Shown in pieces: positions 28,981 to 38,624 of a DNA stretch of 64,000 nt (position 1 is its first letter; the number at the start of each line of letters is the position of its first letter). This DNA comes from Spirochaetia bacterium (lineage in GTDB: Bacteria; Spirochaetota; Spirochaetia; UBA9216): positions 576,001 through 640,000 of the forward strand of contig CAXXYH010000003.1 in the NCBI GenBank assembly GCA_963677925.2. Reading direction: 5' to 3'. Made by a program: the position numbers and the translations under genes. The notes below the pieces were generated by a model. That model was not told the origin of the DNA. It saw only the letters and a list, made by a program, of their open reading frames with translations, and did not search any database.

Positions 28981-29757
28981 CTATAGCGCCCGCTGTATCT
29001 CGCCTTTCCTGCATATAACCCATTGTCCTGACCAGTTCAGACCTGCAGCGATATCCTTTGCAAGAATATCAGGATGGTTGTTGGTCGATGAAAGATGGCA
29101 GAAATAGACTTCTTTCAGCCTTGATTCGGGATTCTTTTCGATACTGTTGAGAAAATTCAGAGCATCCTCATTTGAAAGGTGTCCAAGTTCAGACAATATA
29201 CGCTGCTTCAGGGCGTGATGGTAGGGTCCGTCTATAAGCATCTGCTCGTTATAGTTCGCTTCAAGAAAGAGAACATCCGAGACACATGCGTAATCAAACA
29301 TCTCACGGCTGAAGGCACCGGTATCGGTAATAATAGTAAATACCGCAGGACCGAGCCGGAAATGATAGCTTACTGAGTGCTCCGCGTCATGAGAGGTCCT
29401 GAATGCACGATAGGTAAAGTCTCCCTCGGTATATTCATTGCCCGGTTCGATATCAACCCGTTTATACAGATGGGTTTTAACCTTACGCCTCAGATCAAGC
29501 TCCTTATGCACGACAACAGGTGCTCTCAGTTTTCTGGAGAGGATTTCTATTCCCCTGAAATGATCGCCATGATCATGGGTCAGAAAGATATATTTTACCT
29601 TTGAAGTGTCAAAGCCGAGTGCCGCAGCTCTTTCCATAGCCTGTTTGCAGGAAAATCCATTATCAATAATGAATGCAAAATCATTAAATTCAAAAATATA
29701 GGAATTAGCCGAAGAGCCGCTTCCGAGTACTGCGTATTTTAGTCCGTCATGCTGCAT
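28981..29757 (-). CDS. MBL-fold metallo-hydrolase (YycJ/WalJ-like)
   Basis: LGSGSSAN, THDHGDH, TSHDA, TDTG, LEANY, GHLSN, HLS. ATG 29757 overlaps the arcA stop (TAATG). Confidence 0.9.
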   Translation of the reverse strand: MQHDGLKYAVLGSGSSANSYIFEFNDFAFIIDNGFSCKQAMERAAALGFDTSKVKYIFLTHDHGDHFRGIEILSRKLRAPVVVHKELDLRRKVKTHLYKRVDIEPGNEYTEGDFTYRAFRTSHDAEHSVSYHFRLGPAVFTIITDTGAFSREMFDYACVSDVLFLEANYNEQMLIDGPYHHALKQRILSELGHLSNEDALNFLNSIEKNPESRLKEVYFCHLSSTNNHPDILAKDIAAGLNWSGQWVICRKGEIQRAL

Positions 29758-31028
29758 TAAATTAAGTCTCTTTCCACCGGCATTGTCATACATCGGGCCC
29801 CTCCGCCTCCGCGGGCAAGCTCAACGCCGGTAATGCCTATTACAAGTTTATTATCAGGGTTTAAAAAACCGTTTATAGCATCAGAATTATTTTTCTGAAG
29901 GAAGTCTTCATCAGTAAGTATTTCATACCCGGCCGCATTCAGAGCATCCAGCGTATAATTATTGCAGGAGTAACCGATAATCTTGCCCGGGGCTGCTGCA
30001 AAAAAATTGTTACCGCTGAGCCACTGTTCACGCTGCTGCTGAACAGGATCCGCGTTGCCGCAGAAAACCGGTTTAAAGTCAAATCCCTCGGATTTCAGAG
30101 CCTTCAGAAGATCTTCATTTTCTTCAATTACCGCGGATTTACCAGGTTCAACCTTTATCTTCACTGATCGAAGACGACGGCTTCCGCATATATAAGGTTC
30201 ATAAACCATTACCTGGTCATGATCCAGCTGAGTAAATATCATATCAAGATGAATAGTTGCCCGTTCCAGGGGCAGCTGCACAGCAAAAACAGTCAGCGGC
30301 CGTTCTGCTGAGATACGCTGTATAATTTCATCAGCTGCTTCAGAACTCGTGCGCTCGGATATGCCTATCATTATGCAGTTTTCTGATAAAACTAGAAAAT
30401 CACCGCCTTCTATTGTTTTACCTGAAGTTTTCTCCGCATGCCCCTTGTAAAGAAATCCATTATTCTGCAGTTCGGGATGAGCTGAAAAAAATGTGTAGGC
30501 AGCAAGAGATTCCGGTTCACGTACCGTATTTGCCATTGCACCGGTTATGACTCTGTCATTAAAGACCATTGCAGAATCACGTGTAAAATAAAGATTAGGA
30601 AGCGGATTTATATCATATACTTTATTATCAAAAAACTTGCTTATAGTATCCTTTTTCTGTTTAAGTCCTGTAACAGAAATCCTGACAAGCTCTTCGGCGC
30701 TCATATCAAGAAGTTCGCCGGACCTTCTTCCTGGCCCCCTTTCATTAAATCCGCAGCATGGCCCCATTGATTTTACATAATCATCTTTCACGTCAGGATT
30801 ACCAAGTGCGTCTTTCAGCAGATCAGTAAACTCATATACTATGCAGATTTTCTGCAGAACCTTTTTAAAACGGTTATGTTCTTCGCTTACGACTGAAAGC
30901 GGGATTATATCGTTATAAAGCAGCTTCTCGGCCATTTCAGGAGTCATATCCTGTATCTCGCGACCCGGCGAATGGATGATGACTTTCCTGAGTCTTCCAA
31001 TTTCAGATGAAACATTTATCATGCCCAT
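29757..31028 (-). CDS. arcA: Arginine deiminase
   Basis: SEIGRLRKV..H.PG.E, PLPNLYFTRD, IEGGD, HLD, GGGGARCMTMP. Confidence 0.92.
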   Translation of the reverse strand: MGMINVSSEIGRLRKVIIHSPGREIQDMTPEMAEKLLYNDIIPLSVVSEEHNRFKKVLQKICIVYEFTDLLKDALGNPDVKDDYVKSMGPCCGFNERGPGRRSGELLDMSAEELVRISVTGLKQKKDTISKFFDNKVYDINPLPNLYFTRDSAMVFNDRVITGAMANTVREPESLAAYTFFSAHPELQNNGFLYKGHAEKTSGKTIEGGDFLVLSENCIMIGISERTSSEAADEIIQRISAERPLTVFAVQLPLERATIHLDMIFTQLDHDQVMVYEPYICGSRRLRSVKIKVEPGKSAVIEENEDLLKALKSEGFDFKPVFCGNADPVQQQREQWLSGNNFFAAAPGKIIGYSCNNYTLDALNAAGYEILTDEDFLQKNNSDAINGFLNPDNKLVIGITGVELARGGGGARCMTMPVERDLI

Positions 31029-31031
31029 GCT

Positions 31032-31364
31032 CTAAATTATATCTTTCCAGGCTTCAGGATCAAAACCGACAACTGCTTTGCTTCCGTTTCTCACAACAGG
31101 GGTTTTCATAAGCTGGGGATTTTCCTCAATCTCTTCAAGAATATCAAAATCCATATGGGCCATCCCCTTTTTCCTGTACAATTGTGACTCAGTGTCAATC
31201 AAAGCATCTTTTCCGCAGGCTCTTGCAACACTTTGAAGTTCTCCGCTGCTTAATGCCCGCTGGTTCAGATCTACAAAATGATATGCTATGTTGCGTTCCT
31301 TAAAGTACCTCTCGGTCTTCTGTGTTTCCCTGCATTTCTTAGTTCCGATTATCTGAACTGCCAT
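31032..31364 (-). CDS. ArsC/Spx/YffB family protein
   Basis: G.KKC..T.K..RYFKE, P.L.KTPVVR.G....VG. Confidence 0.85.
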   Translation of the reverse strand: MAVQIIGTKKCRETQKTERYFKERNIAYHFVDLNQRALSSGELQSVARACGKDALIDTESQLYRKKGMAHMDFDILEEIEENPQLMKTPVVRNGSKAVVGFDPEAWKDII

Positions 31365-31450
31365 TATTTATATTCCTTATCTGATATGACTTACAAATCA
31401 GTTTGACTTGGAAGCACAACTATGTTAATTCTAATAGAGAGGAGTATAGC

Positions 31451-32848
31451 ATGAGACCATCAATAAAAGAAATACTTCAGATGGAGCCCGGCGGAGATCT
31501 TACCAGTGTTTCCGGATGGGTAAGAACCAGACGGGATTCCAAGAACGTATGCTTTCTTGAATTATCCGACGGTTCCTGCCTGAAAAATCTTCAGGTGATA
31601 ATTGATTTTGAAAAATACAATCCGAAGGACATTCTTTCACACATGACTACAGGCGCAGGCGTTGAAGTGCATGGCGAACTTGCTCAGTCGCCGGGACAAA
31701 ATCAAAGCGTGGAGTTTCAGGCTTCTGAGATTATCCTTCTAGGGGATGCTCCGGCCGACACTTATCCGCTGCAGAAAAAGCGCCACAGTTTTGAGTTTCT
31801 ACGTGAAATTGCCCATCTCAGACCCAGAACGAACACAATCGGGGCAGTAACCAGAGTGAGAAGTGCAGCAAGTTTTGCTGTTCACAGATTCTTTCAGGAA
31901 CGCGGATTCTTTTATATACACACCCCGATTATTTCTGCAAGCGATGCAGAGGGTGCAGGAGAGATGTTTCAGGTGACAACCATGGACCTTGAGAACATTC
32001 CGCACATTGACGGCAAGCCGGATCAGGGTGTTGACTACAGCAAAGACTTTTTCGGAAAACGTTCTGCTTTAACCGTTAGCGGACAGCTTGAGGCTGAGAT
32101 ATTCGCATTATCGCATTCAAACGTTTATACATTCGGACCTACATTCCGTGCAGAAAATTCCAATACATCAAGACACCTCGCCGAGTTCTGGATGATAGAA
32201 CCCGAAATGGCCTTCTGCGATTTAAACTGCGATATGGACACAGCCGAGGCATTCATTAAATACATTCTTAACTACATACTCTCGGAATGTTCCGAAGATA
32301 TGGAATTCTTTAATAAATGGGTAGAAAAAGGCGTGGCTGAATCACTGCGTAAGGTTGCCGAGTCCTCATTCACAAGAATTACATATACCGAAGCAATGAA
32401 GCAGCTTGAGAAGGCTGATGCAAAATTTGAATTTCAGCCGCACTGGGGAGCCGATCTACAGTCCGAACATGAGAAATACCTTACGGAAAAAGTCTTTAAC
32501 GGTCCGGTGATCGTAACTGACTATCCTAAGGAAATAAAAGCCTTCTACATGAAGATGAATGATGATAATAAGACCGTACGGGCAATGGATGTTCTAGTTC
32601 CAAGACTGGGTGAGATTATCGGAGGAAGCCAGCGTGAAGATAACCTTGATAAGCTTGAAAGAAGAATAGATGAGCTTGGACTTGTCAAGGATGATTACTG
32701 GTGGTATCTGGATCTGAGACGATTCGGCTCAGTGCCGCATTCCGGATTCGGACTCGGATTCGAAAGACTCATTCAGTACATGACCGGAATGCAGAATATC
32801 AGGGATGTAATACCATTTCCGAGAACTGTAAATAACGCTGATTTTTAA
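31451..32848 (+). CDS. asnS: Asparagine--tRNA ligase
   Basis: [52 protein letters not shown] 31451 follows GAGGAG. Confidence 0.97.
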   Translation: MRPSIKEILQMEPGGDLTSVSGWVRTRRDSKNVCFLELSDGSCLKNLQVIIDFEKYNPKDILSHMTTGAGVEVHGELAQSPGQNQSVEFQASEIILLGDAPADTYPLQKKRHSFEFLREIAHLRPRTNTIGAVTRVRSAASFAVHRFFQERGFFYIHTPIISASDAEGAGEMFQVTTMDLENIPHIDGKPDQGVDYSKDFFGKRSALTVSGQLEAEIFALSHSNVYTFGPTFRAENSNTSRHLAEFWMIEPEMAFCDLNCDMDTAEAFIKYILNYILSECSEDMEFFNKWVEKGVAESLRKVAESSFTRITYTEAMKQLEKADAKFEFQPHWGADLQSEHEKYLTEKVFNGPVIVTDYPKEIKAFYMKMNDDNKTVRAMDVLVPRLGEIIGGSQREDNLDKLERRIDELGLVKDDYWWYLDLRRFGSVPHSGFGLGFERLIQYMTGMQNIRDVIPFPRTVNNADF

Positions 32849-32868
32849 CTTTCAAATTATGCCGGGAT

Positions 32869-33327
32869 TTATGTCCCGGCTTTTAGAAGCTTGGTCAGCT
32901 CCCTGTCAAAGCAGTTTGCAAACTTCCCTACTTCCTTATTACTGAAACTGCTTTCTCTTTCCGGCATTATCCCCGCCTCACGAAAATCTTTCATCAGATC
33001 CCTTACAGAGAGCCGCTCACGGATATTCTCGGTTGTAAAAAGGTTACCCCTGTCATTTATTACAATAATATTCTGGTCTATAAGTCTTGCTGCGAGAGGA
33101 ATATCACGGGTAACTGCCAGATCCCCGGGAGTACAGTTTTCAACGATGTAATCATCGGCTACACCTTCCCCCTTATCCACTACAACCATCTCGATAAACT
33201 CGCTTTCAGGAAGCTTGAGTTTCACATTAGCTGCAAAGACAGTTTGAATTTCCTTCCGTACTGCAGCACGGCATATGATGTCTCTAATCTGCGGAGGGCA
33301 GGAATCTGCGTCTACAAATATCTTCAC
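32869..33327 (-). CDS. YaiI/YqxD (DUF188) family protein
   Basis: IFVDADSCP, ADD.IV....GDL.VT.DIPLA. Confidence 0.92.
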   Translation of the reverse strand: MKIFVDADSCPPQIRDIICRAAVRKEIQTVFAANVKLKLPESEFIEMVVVDKGEGVADDYIVENCTPGDLAVTRDIPLAARLIDQNIIVINDRGNLFTTENIRERLSVRDLMKDFREAGIMPERESSFSNKEVGKFANCFDRELTKLLKAGT

Positions 33328-34577
33328 ACAGTTTCCTTTGCCGGAACCGATGCCCGATAAAACAATCCTTTTCCATTCAGATTAAGGCTTGTTCCATGCT
33401 CCGAGAAGGCAGTTTCACCGCGGGTTATCTGAATAGAACCTCCGGAACCATCTTTTATTTCCGCCTTTCCTTCAAGGCATATGAAAACAGAAGGCATTTC
33501 AGGTCCGTATGTGTGCCCGGAGATTTCATAGAAACCGTCAAGGTCTATTCTTGTCAGAATAAACTCAGGGGCTTCAGTTATATAGGCTGATTCATGCTCA
33601 TTGAGCTTAACAGGATGCAGTATTTCCGGACGTCCGGTGCTGAAAGTGAGTGTCGATATAAGCTCCTGAACATCAATATATTTAGGCGTGAGTCCGCCAC
33701 GCAGAACATTGTCTGAATTGGCCATAAGCTCCATTCCCAGTCCATGAAGATATGCATGCAGTTCGCCGGCCGGCAGATACATTGCCTCTCCTGGTTTAAG
33801 GACAACAACATTCAGGTACAGAGGGCTCACTATGCCGGTATCGCCGGGATACAATCCGGCAAAATCAAGAATCCATTTTGATTCAGGCAGCAAACCTGAC
33901 TCTGCAGCTTTCACGGCAAGCGAAAGCAGCCTTTCTCTTGCTTCATCTTTCAGGCTCATCAGTTCGGTGAAAAATATTTTTACTGCAGAGGCTGCGGCAT
34001 TATCTACTGATGCCGCACCTGAAACTGCGGGTGCTGCAGAGACTGTCTCAAGCATTGAAATAGAAGCTTCAAGCTCGGGTATCATTATCCTTCTGAAAGC
34101 AGCGGCTATTTCACCGGCAGGCCTGAACCCGCGCATGGCCGAGTACTCTGTAAGAGCACAGATGATTTCCGGTTTATGATTATCATCCTTATAGTTACGG
34201 TTAAATGCATCAAGCGGGATTCCGGCTTCATTTTCCCGCCGGAAACCGGCAGCTGCCTGCTTTAGATTCGGATGGGACTGGATTGAAAGAGGACTTCCGG
34301 CAGCAAGAACCTTGAAAAGAAAAGGAAGCCGCCGGCCGAACTGCTCCGAGATCCGCTTGCCGAGCACTCTATCTGAAGCAGAGCTTATGTAATCATCAAG
34401 TTTCTGCTGTATATTATCATCTTTTAAAATAACTGACGGAGCCTTCGGATGCGCACCCATCCAGAGCTCAGCCATCGGTTTGTTACCGGGATTTTCATAG
34501 CCTAAAAGCTCGGGAATGGCTGTTGAAGACCCCCATGCATAGGGCTGAATTGAATTTTTCATTTTATATACGGCCAT
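33324..34577 (-). CDS. manA: Mannose-6-phosphate isomerase, class I
   Basis: YAWGS, AELWMGAHP, LPFLFKVL...PLSIQ.HP, YKDDNHKPE, HAYL.G, ELMANSDNVLR.GLTPK. Confidence 0.96.
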   Translation of the reverse strand: MAVYKMKNSIQPYAWGSSTAIPELLGYENPGNKPMAELWMGAHPKAPSVILKDDNIQQKLDDYISSASDRVLGKRISEQFGRRLPFLFKVLAAGSPLSIQSHPNLKQAAAGFRRENEAGIPLDAFNRNYKDDNHKPEIICALTEYSAMRGFRPAGEIAAAFRRIMIPELEASISMLETVSAAPAVSGAASVDNAAASAVKIFFTELMSLKDEARERLLSLAVKAAESGLLPESKWILDFAGLYPGDTGIVSPLYLNVVVLKPGEAMYLPAGELHAYLHGLGMELMANSDNVLRGGLTPKYIDVQELISTLTFSTGRPEILHPVKLNEHESAYITEAPEFILTRIDLDGFYEISGHTYGPEMPSVFICLEGKAEIKDGSGGSIQITRGETAFSEHGTSLNLNGKGLFYRASVPAKETV

Positions 34578-34703
34578 GAGACTAGGCTATAATAAAACAG
34601 CACATTTTTCCACTATTTAATGCTTTTTCTTTCAAAAGCGGAATCTTGTTCCTTTCTGATATTTTTTGTATATTGCACTGTAAACTATAAAAGGAGTTAT
34701 TTT

Positions 34704-36359
34704 ATGAGTTATTCACCTCTTCAGAAGGAGCGTTATAACTATAAACCGCACCTTCCCGAGATTTTAAAAAAGAGTGTCGGATCTATAAACATCGAAAAGG
34801 GCGAACCTACACAGTCAGTTTCCGATCAGGATGAATTACAGAAACTTTTTAAATCAACCTATGGAATGCCGGTAGCTAAACTTGTTGAAGCCGCGAATGC
34901 TGATGCATCCAAAAAAATCAACGTCGGTGTTATCCTTTCCGGAGGTCAGGCCCCAGGCGGACATAATGTTATAGCCGGCCTGTTTGACGGAATCAAAGCC
35001 GGAAACAGTGAGTCAAAACTTTTCGGATTTCTCGGAGGCCCGTCCGGCCTTGTTGAAGATAAAAAATTAGAACTTACACCGGCAATTATCGATGAATACC
35101 GTAATACCGGCGGTTTCGATATCATCGGCTCTGGACGGACAAAGCTTGAAACTACAGAACAGTTCGATATAAGCCTTGAAGTATGCAGAAAGAATGATAT
35201 AACAGCCATTGTTATAATTGGCGGAGACGATTCAAACACTAATGCGGCAATGCTCGCAGAGTACTTTGCATCAAAGGATGCAGGGGTTCAGGTTATCGGC
35301 TGTCCAAAGACTATCGACGGCGATCTTAAAAATGAACATATTGAAACTTCTTTCGGTTTTGATACCGCTACAAAGACTTATGCTGAGCTTATCGGAAACA
35401 TCGAAAGAGACGCAAACTCAGCCAAGAAGTACTGGCATTTTATCAAACTGATGGGGCGTTCCGCTTCACATATAGCTCTTGAATGCGCACTTCAGACACA
35501 GCCCTCCTTCACCCTTATCTCGGAAGAGGTTGAGGAAAAGAAGATGAGCCTCAACCAGATAGTTGAAGACATCGCTGCTGTTGTTGTAAAACGTGCCGAG
35601 AATGGAGAAAACTTCGGTGTTGGTCTTATTCCCGAGGGACTGATTGAGTTTATTCCTGAAATCGGCGCACTCATAAGTGAACTAAACAACCTGCTTGCTG
35701 AAAAAGCCGATTACTATGATACACTCCACACGTTCGAAGATCAGGCTGAATGGATAAACAAAAATCTTTCAAAAGATTCTTCCTATGCCTTTTCTTCCCT
35801 GCCGTCAAACATTCAGAGACAGCTGCTTATGGACAGAGACCCGCACGGGAACGTTCAGGTTTCAAGAATTGAAACAGAACAGCTTCTTATCGAAATGGTA
35901 GAATCAAGACTCAAGGAACTTAAAAGTGAAGGCAAGTTCAAGGGCTCTTTCAGCCATCAGCACCACTTCTTCGGTTATGAAGGACGCTGTGCATTTCCGT
36001 CGAACTTCGATTCAGATTACTGCTACGCACTTGGATACACAGCCTTTGTACTTATAGCAAACGGCCTTACAGGATATATGTCATCTGTTAAGAATCTTTC
36101 CAAACCTGCAGCTGAATGGATTGCCGGAGGTATTCCTGTAACCATGATGATGAATCTTGAAAGACGGCATGGCAAGGATAAGCCTGTAATCAAGAAGGCT
36201 CTTGTGGAACTTGACGGTGCCCCTTTTAAGGAATTTGCATCCAAAAGAGACGAGTGGGCAGTGAAAACATCATTCAGATTCCCCGGTGCCATTCAGTACT
36301 ACGGACCCGATGAAGTATGCAACGCCCCTACTTTAACACTTACACTTGAACATAAATAA
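34704..36359 (+). CDS. pfp: Diphosphate--fructose-6-phosphate 1-phosphotransferase (PPi-PFK)
   Basis: [44 protein letters not shown] 34704 follows AAGGAG. Confidence 0.96.
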   Translation: MSYSPLQKERYNYKPHLPEILKKSVGSINIEKGEPTQSVSDQDELQKLFKSTYGMPVAKLVEAANADASKKINVGVILSGGQAPGGHNVIAGLFDGIKAGNSESKLFGFLGGPSGLVEDKKLELTPAIIDEYRNTGGFDIIGSGRTKLETTEQFDISLEVCRKNDITAIVIIGGDDSNTNAAMLAEYFASKDAGVQVIGCPKTIDGDLKNEHIETSFGFDTATKTYAELIGNIERDANSAKKYWHFIKLMGRSASHIALECALQTQPSFTLISEEVEEKKMSLNQIVEDIAAVVVKRAENGENFGVGLIPEGLIEFIPEIGALISELNNLLAEKADYYDTLHTFEDQAEWINKNLSKDSSYAFSSLPSNIQRQLLMDRDPHGNVQVSRIETEQLLIEMVESRLKELKSEGKFKGSFSHQHHFFGYEGRCAFPSNFDSDYCYALGYTAFVLIANGLTGYMSSVKNLSKPAAEWIAGGIPVTMMMNLERRHGKDKPVIKKALVELDGAPFKEFASKRDEWAVKTSFRFPGAIQYYGPDEVCNAPTLTLTLEHK

Positions 36360-36380
36360 TCTTTTTTATATTATTTACAC

Positions 36381-36415
36381 AAATGCCGTCCGGACATCTG
36401 GACGGCATTTTTTTT
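36381..36415 (+). terminator. Rho-independent terminator after pfp
   Basis: AAATGCCGTCC-loop-GGACGGCATTT followed by a T run. Confidence 0.88.
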
Positions 36416-36453
36416 ACCAGGATTATTCAGCGGCTCTGATATAAGTTTCTGAA

Positions 36454-36513
36454 TCATGCAAATATCATAAGCAGGAAGAAAAGAATAAGCAAAGTTCTGT
36501 TTTTTCTGAACAT
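36454..36513 (-). other. 19-codon hydrophobic mini-ORF or truncated lipoprotein signal peptide
   Basis: AGGAG-8 nt-ATG, MFRKNRTLLILFFLLMIFA-TGA. Confidence 0.35.
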
Positions 36514-36658
36514 TAAACCGGCTCCTGTTATATATTATTTTACTAACAATGATTTATATCGGTTTTTACGCTGTTACGAAAATACCACTTTATGGTTATA
36601 TGTAAATTTTCTTGAAAGACCGGTATATTTCGACATATACTGTCAGCAGGAGTCATAG

Positions 36659-37150
36659 ATGTCTGAAACGGAATACAAAAGACCCAGCTGGGATGAATAC
36701 TTCATGGAAGTCGCGAACGCCATATCAAAAAGAGCCACCTGTGATCGCGGGCGCAGCGGCTGTGTTATAGCCAAAGAAAAACAGCTTCTTGTTACAGGCT
36801 ATGTGGGTTCCCCAACGGGACTGCCGCACTGTGATGAAGTCGGACATCAGATGAAGAAAGTAGTGCATGAGGACGGAAGCGTTACCCAGCACTGTGTGCG
36901 AACGGTGCACGCAGAACAGAATGCAATATGCCAGGCGGCAAGACGCGGAATAGCGATAGACGGAGCAACCCTTTACTGCAGGATGACTCCATGCCGGACC
37001 TGTGCGATGCTGATTATTAACTGCGGAATATCACGCGTTGTCTGTGAAAAAAAATATCACGCCGGCGAGGAATCGGAACAGATGTTCCGGGAAGCCGGAG
37101 TTTCACTGGAGTACGTTGAAGATGAAGTACTCCAGTACGAGAATCAGTAG
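36659..37150 (+). CDS. dCMP deaminase (ComEB family)
   Basis: RPSWDEYFM, RATC.R, HAEQNA, PCRTC. Confidence 0.93.
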   Translation: MSETEYKRPSWDEYFMEVANAISKRATCDRGRSGCVIAKEKQLLVTGYVGSPTGLPHCDEVGHQMKKVVHEDGSVTQHCVRTVHAEQNAICQAARRGIAIDGATLYCRMTPCRTCAMLIINCGISRVVCEKKYHAGEESEQMFREAGVSLEYVEDEVLQYENQ

Positions 37151-37154
37151 TCTG

Positions 37155-37463
37155 CTATTTCTTTTTTACTGGTACTGAAATCTGCCGGTTCTCGGGATTT
37201 ACAGCTGTTTTATAGAGTATTGCTGTGTTTCCAATTACCCGAATCAATTCTGCATGTGTAAGCTCTGCAAGCTTTACAGATATTTCTTTCCGGCCGCTTT
37301 TAAAATCAACAAACTTAATCTTTACAAGCTCATTTAATTCCAGCACCTGCTCAGCCTGTTTTACAACAGCTTCTGTCAGACCCTTGGCTCCTATCATGAC
37401 CAGCGGTTTAATATCATGTGCAAGTTTTGTCAGATAACTTCTCTGATAACCTTTAAGTTCCAA
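37155..37463 (-). CDS. yhbY: YhbY/CRM-domain RNA-binding protein
   Basis: QR.YL..LAH..KP.V.IG..GL, ELVK.K, IG...ILY. Confidence 0.92.
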   Translation of the reverse strand: MELKGYQRSYLTKLAHDIKPLVMIGAKGLTEAVVKQAEQVLELNELVKIKFVDFKSGRKEISVKLAELTHAELIRVIGNTAILYKTAVNPENRQISVPVKKK

Positions 37464-38624
37464 TTAATATCCCTCCAAAAATGGAATCACTACCCAGTTT
37501 GCCGGATCTGACATGTCGGAAGCAATCTGTCCCAGTGCAACATCAGCTGTAGTCTCAGCAACCAGATATGCCTTATCCTTATATCTCATCCTGGCTCCGG
37601 GCCCCGGTACATCAGCAGTACCCATTGCGTGGCTGTGTACTGCCGAAACCATGACGACGGAATCAATACCATAATGATTTAACAGGATTGTGTAAAGCAG
37701 TGCACGGCTGTCGCAGTCACCGTCTTCAAAAGCGGCGGCATACAATGGACTGAGCAGGTCTGATCCGCCGGTTCTTGAATAATTAAAGCCCTGCAGCCAG
37801 TCAAGAAGACGGACTGCTGTGTTATAAGAATCATTACTGTCCGAAAGCCGCTCCTCGATCAGCGCTGCAGGATAATCGAGTTTTGAGTAACAATCGCGGT
37901 AGATCATCCTGTAAAAACGCTTCCATGCTTCAACTCCAGCTTCATCCTGAGGACGGTAGTCTGCCAATATCCTCGCTTCACGTTCAATCAGAGTCTGTGA
38001 AGTTTCAACAGCATGCATATCAACCTGCCAGATTACGGATTCGCCTTCGAATACGGTTGCAGCTGTTTTACGATCTTTCTCCGTGTATGAAGAGAGGTAA
38101 TAAGTGCTGACCGGCCCCGGCAGCTGACGTCCTCCTGTATTCAGTGAGAATGAATCAAGCGCAGAAACTATATAGTCATTTAGTTTTGTACTCTGTTCGG
38201 GTGAGCAGAATGAAATAACCGCCAGATCATAATCCAGACCGTCCGCAAAAATTCCGTAACCTCTGTACTGAAAATTACCGGATGCAAAATTGATAATTGC
38301 AAATATTGCCTGGCGCCCGTAGTAGTCAAACAGCTCCCCCTCTCCGGAGGCCTGCAGTTTTTTTCCCACTTCATCAAACATGGTCTCGGCACTTTCGTAG
38401 GTATCTCCGGGATAAACCTTAATCTGAAGAAAGGCATCCCCTGTAAAATCATTGAAAGTATACCTTGTTTCAGATACATCCATGACGTCCCAGCCAATTG
38501 GAAGATCAACTACAAAGCCTAGCTCTTCCATGTATATTTCTTCTGCAGAAATAAAATGAAGCGAAACAAAGAAAAGCACTGCAGCTGATGCAGTAAAAAT
38601 TACTTTTTTAGATATCCCTGTCAT
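37464..38624 (-). CDS. Exported protein with C-terminal transglutaminase-like domain
   Basis: Signal peptide; WLQ.F.Y...P......GDCDSRALL...HAM...ETT. Confidence 0.7.
   Translation of the reverse strand: MTGISKKVIFTASAAVLFFVSLHFISAEEIYMEELGFVVDLPIGWDVMDVSETRYTFNDFTGDAFLQIKVYPGDTYESAETMFDEVGKKLQASGEGELFDYYGRQAIFAIINFASGNFQYRGYGIFADGLDYDLAVISFCSPEQSTKLNDYIVSALDSFSLNTGGRQLPGPVSTYYLSSYTEKDRKTAATVFEGESVIWQVDMHAVETSQTLIEREARILADYRPQDEAGVEAWKRFYRMIYRDCYSKLDYPAALIEERLSDSNDSYNTAVRLLDWLQGFNYSRTGGSDLLSPLYAAAFEDGDCDSRALLYTILLNHYGIDSVVMVSAVHSHAMGTADVPGPGARMRYKDKAYLVAETTADVALGQIASDMSDPANWVVIPFLEGY

Noticed and set aside
33980-34045. Ala-rich stretch in ManA (VSAAPAVSGAASVDNAAASA)
   Set aside because: Low-complexity insertion in a variable region; no clean tandem repeat unit.
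36427-36456. Selenocysteine readthrough of the mini-ORF TGA
   Set aside because: No SECIS-like hairpin is evident and the frame stops again shortly afterwards.
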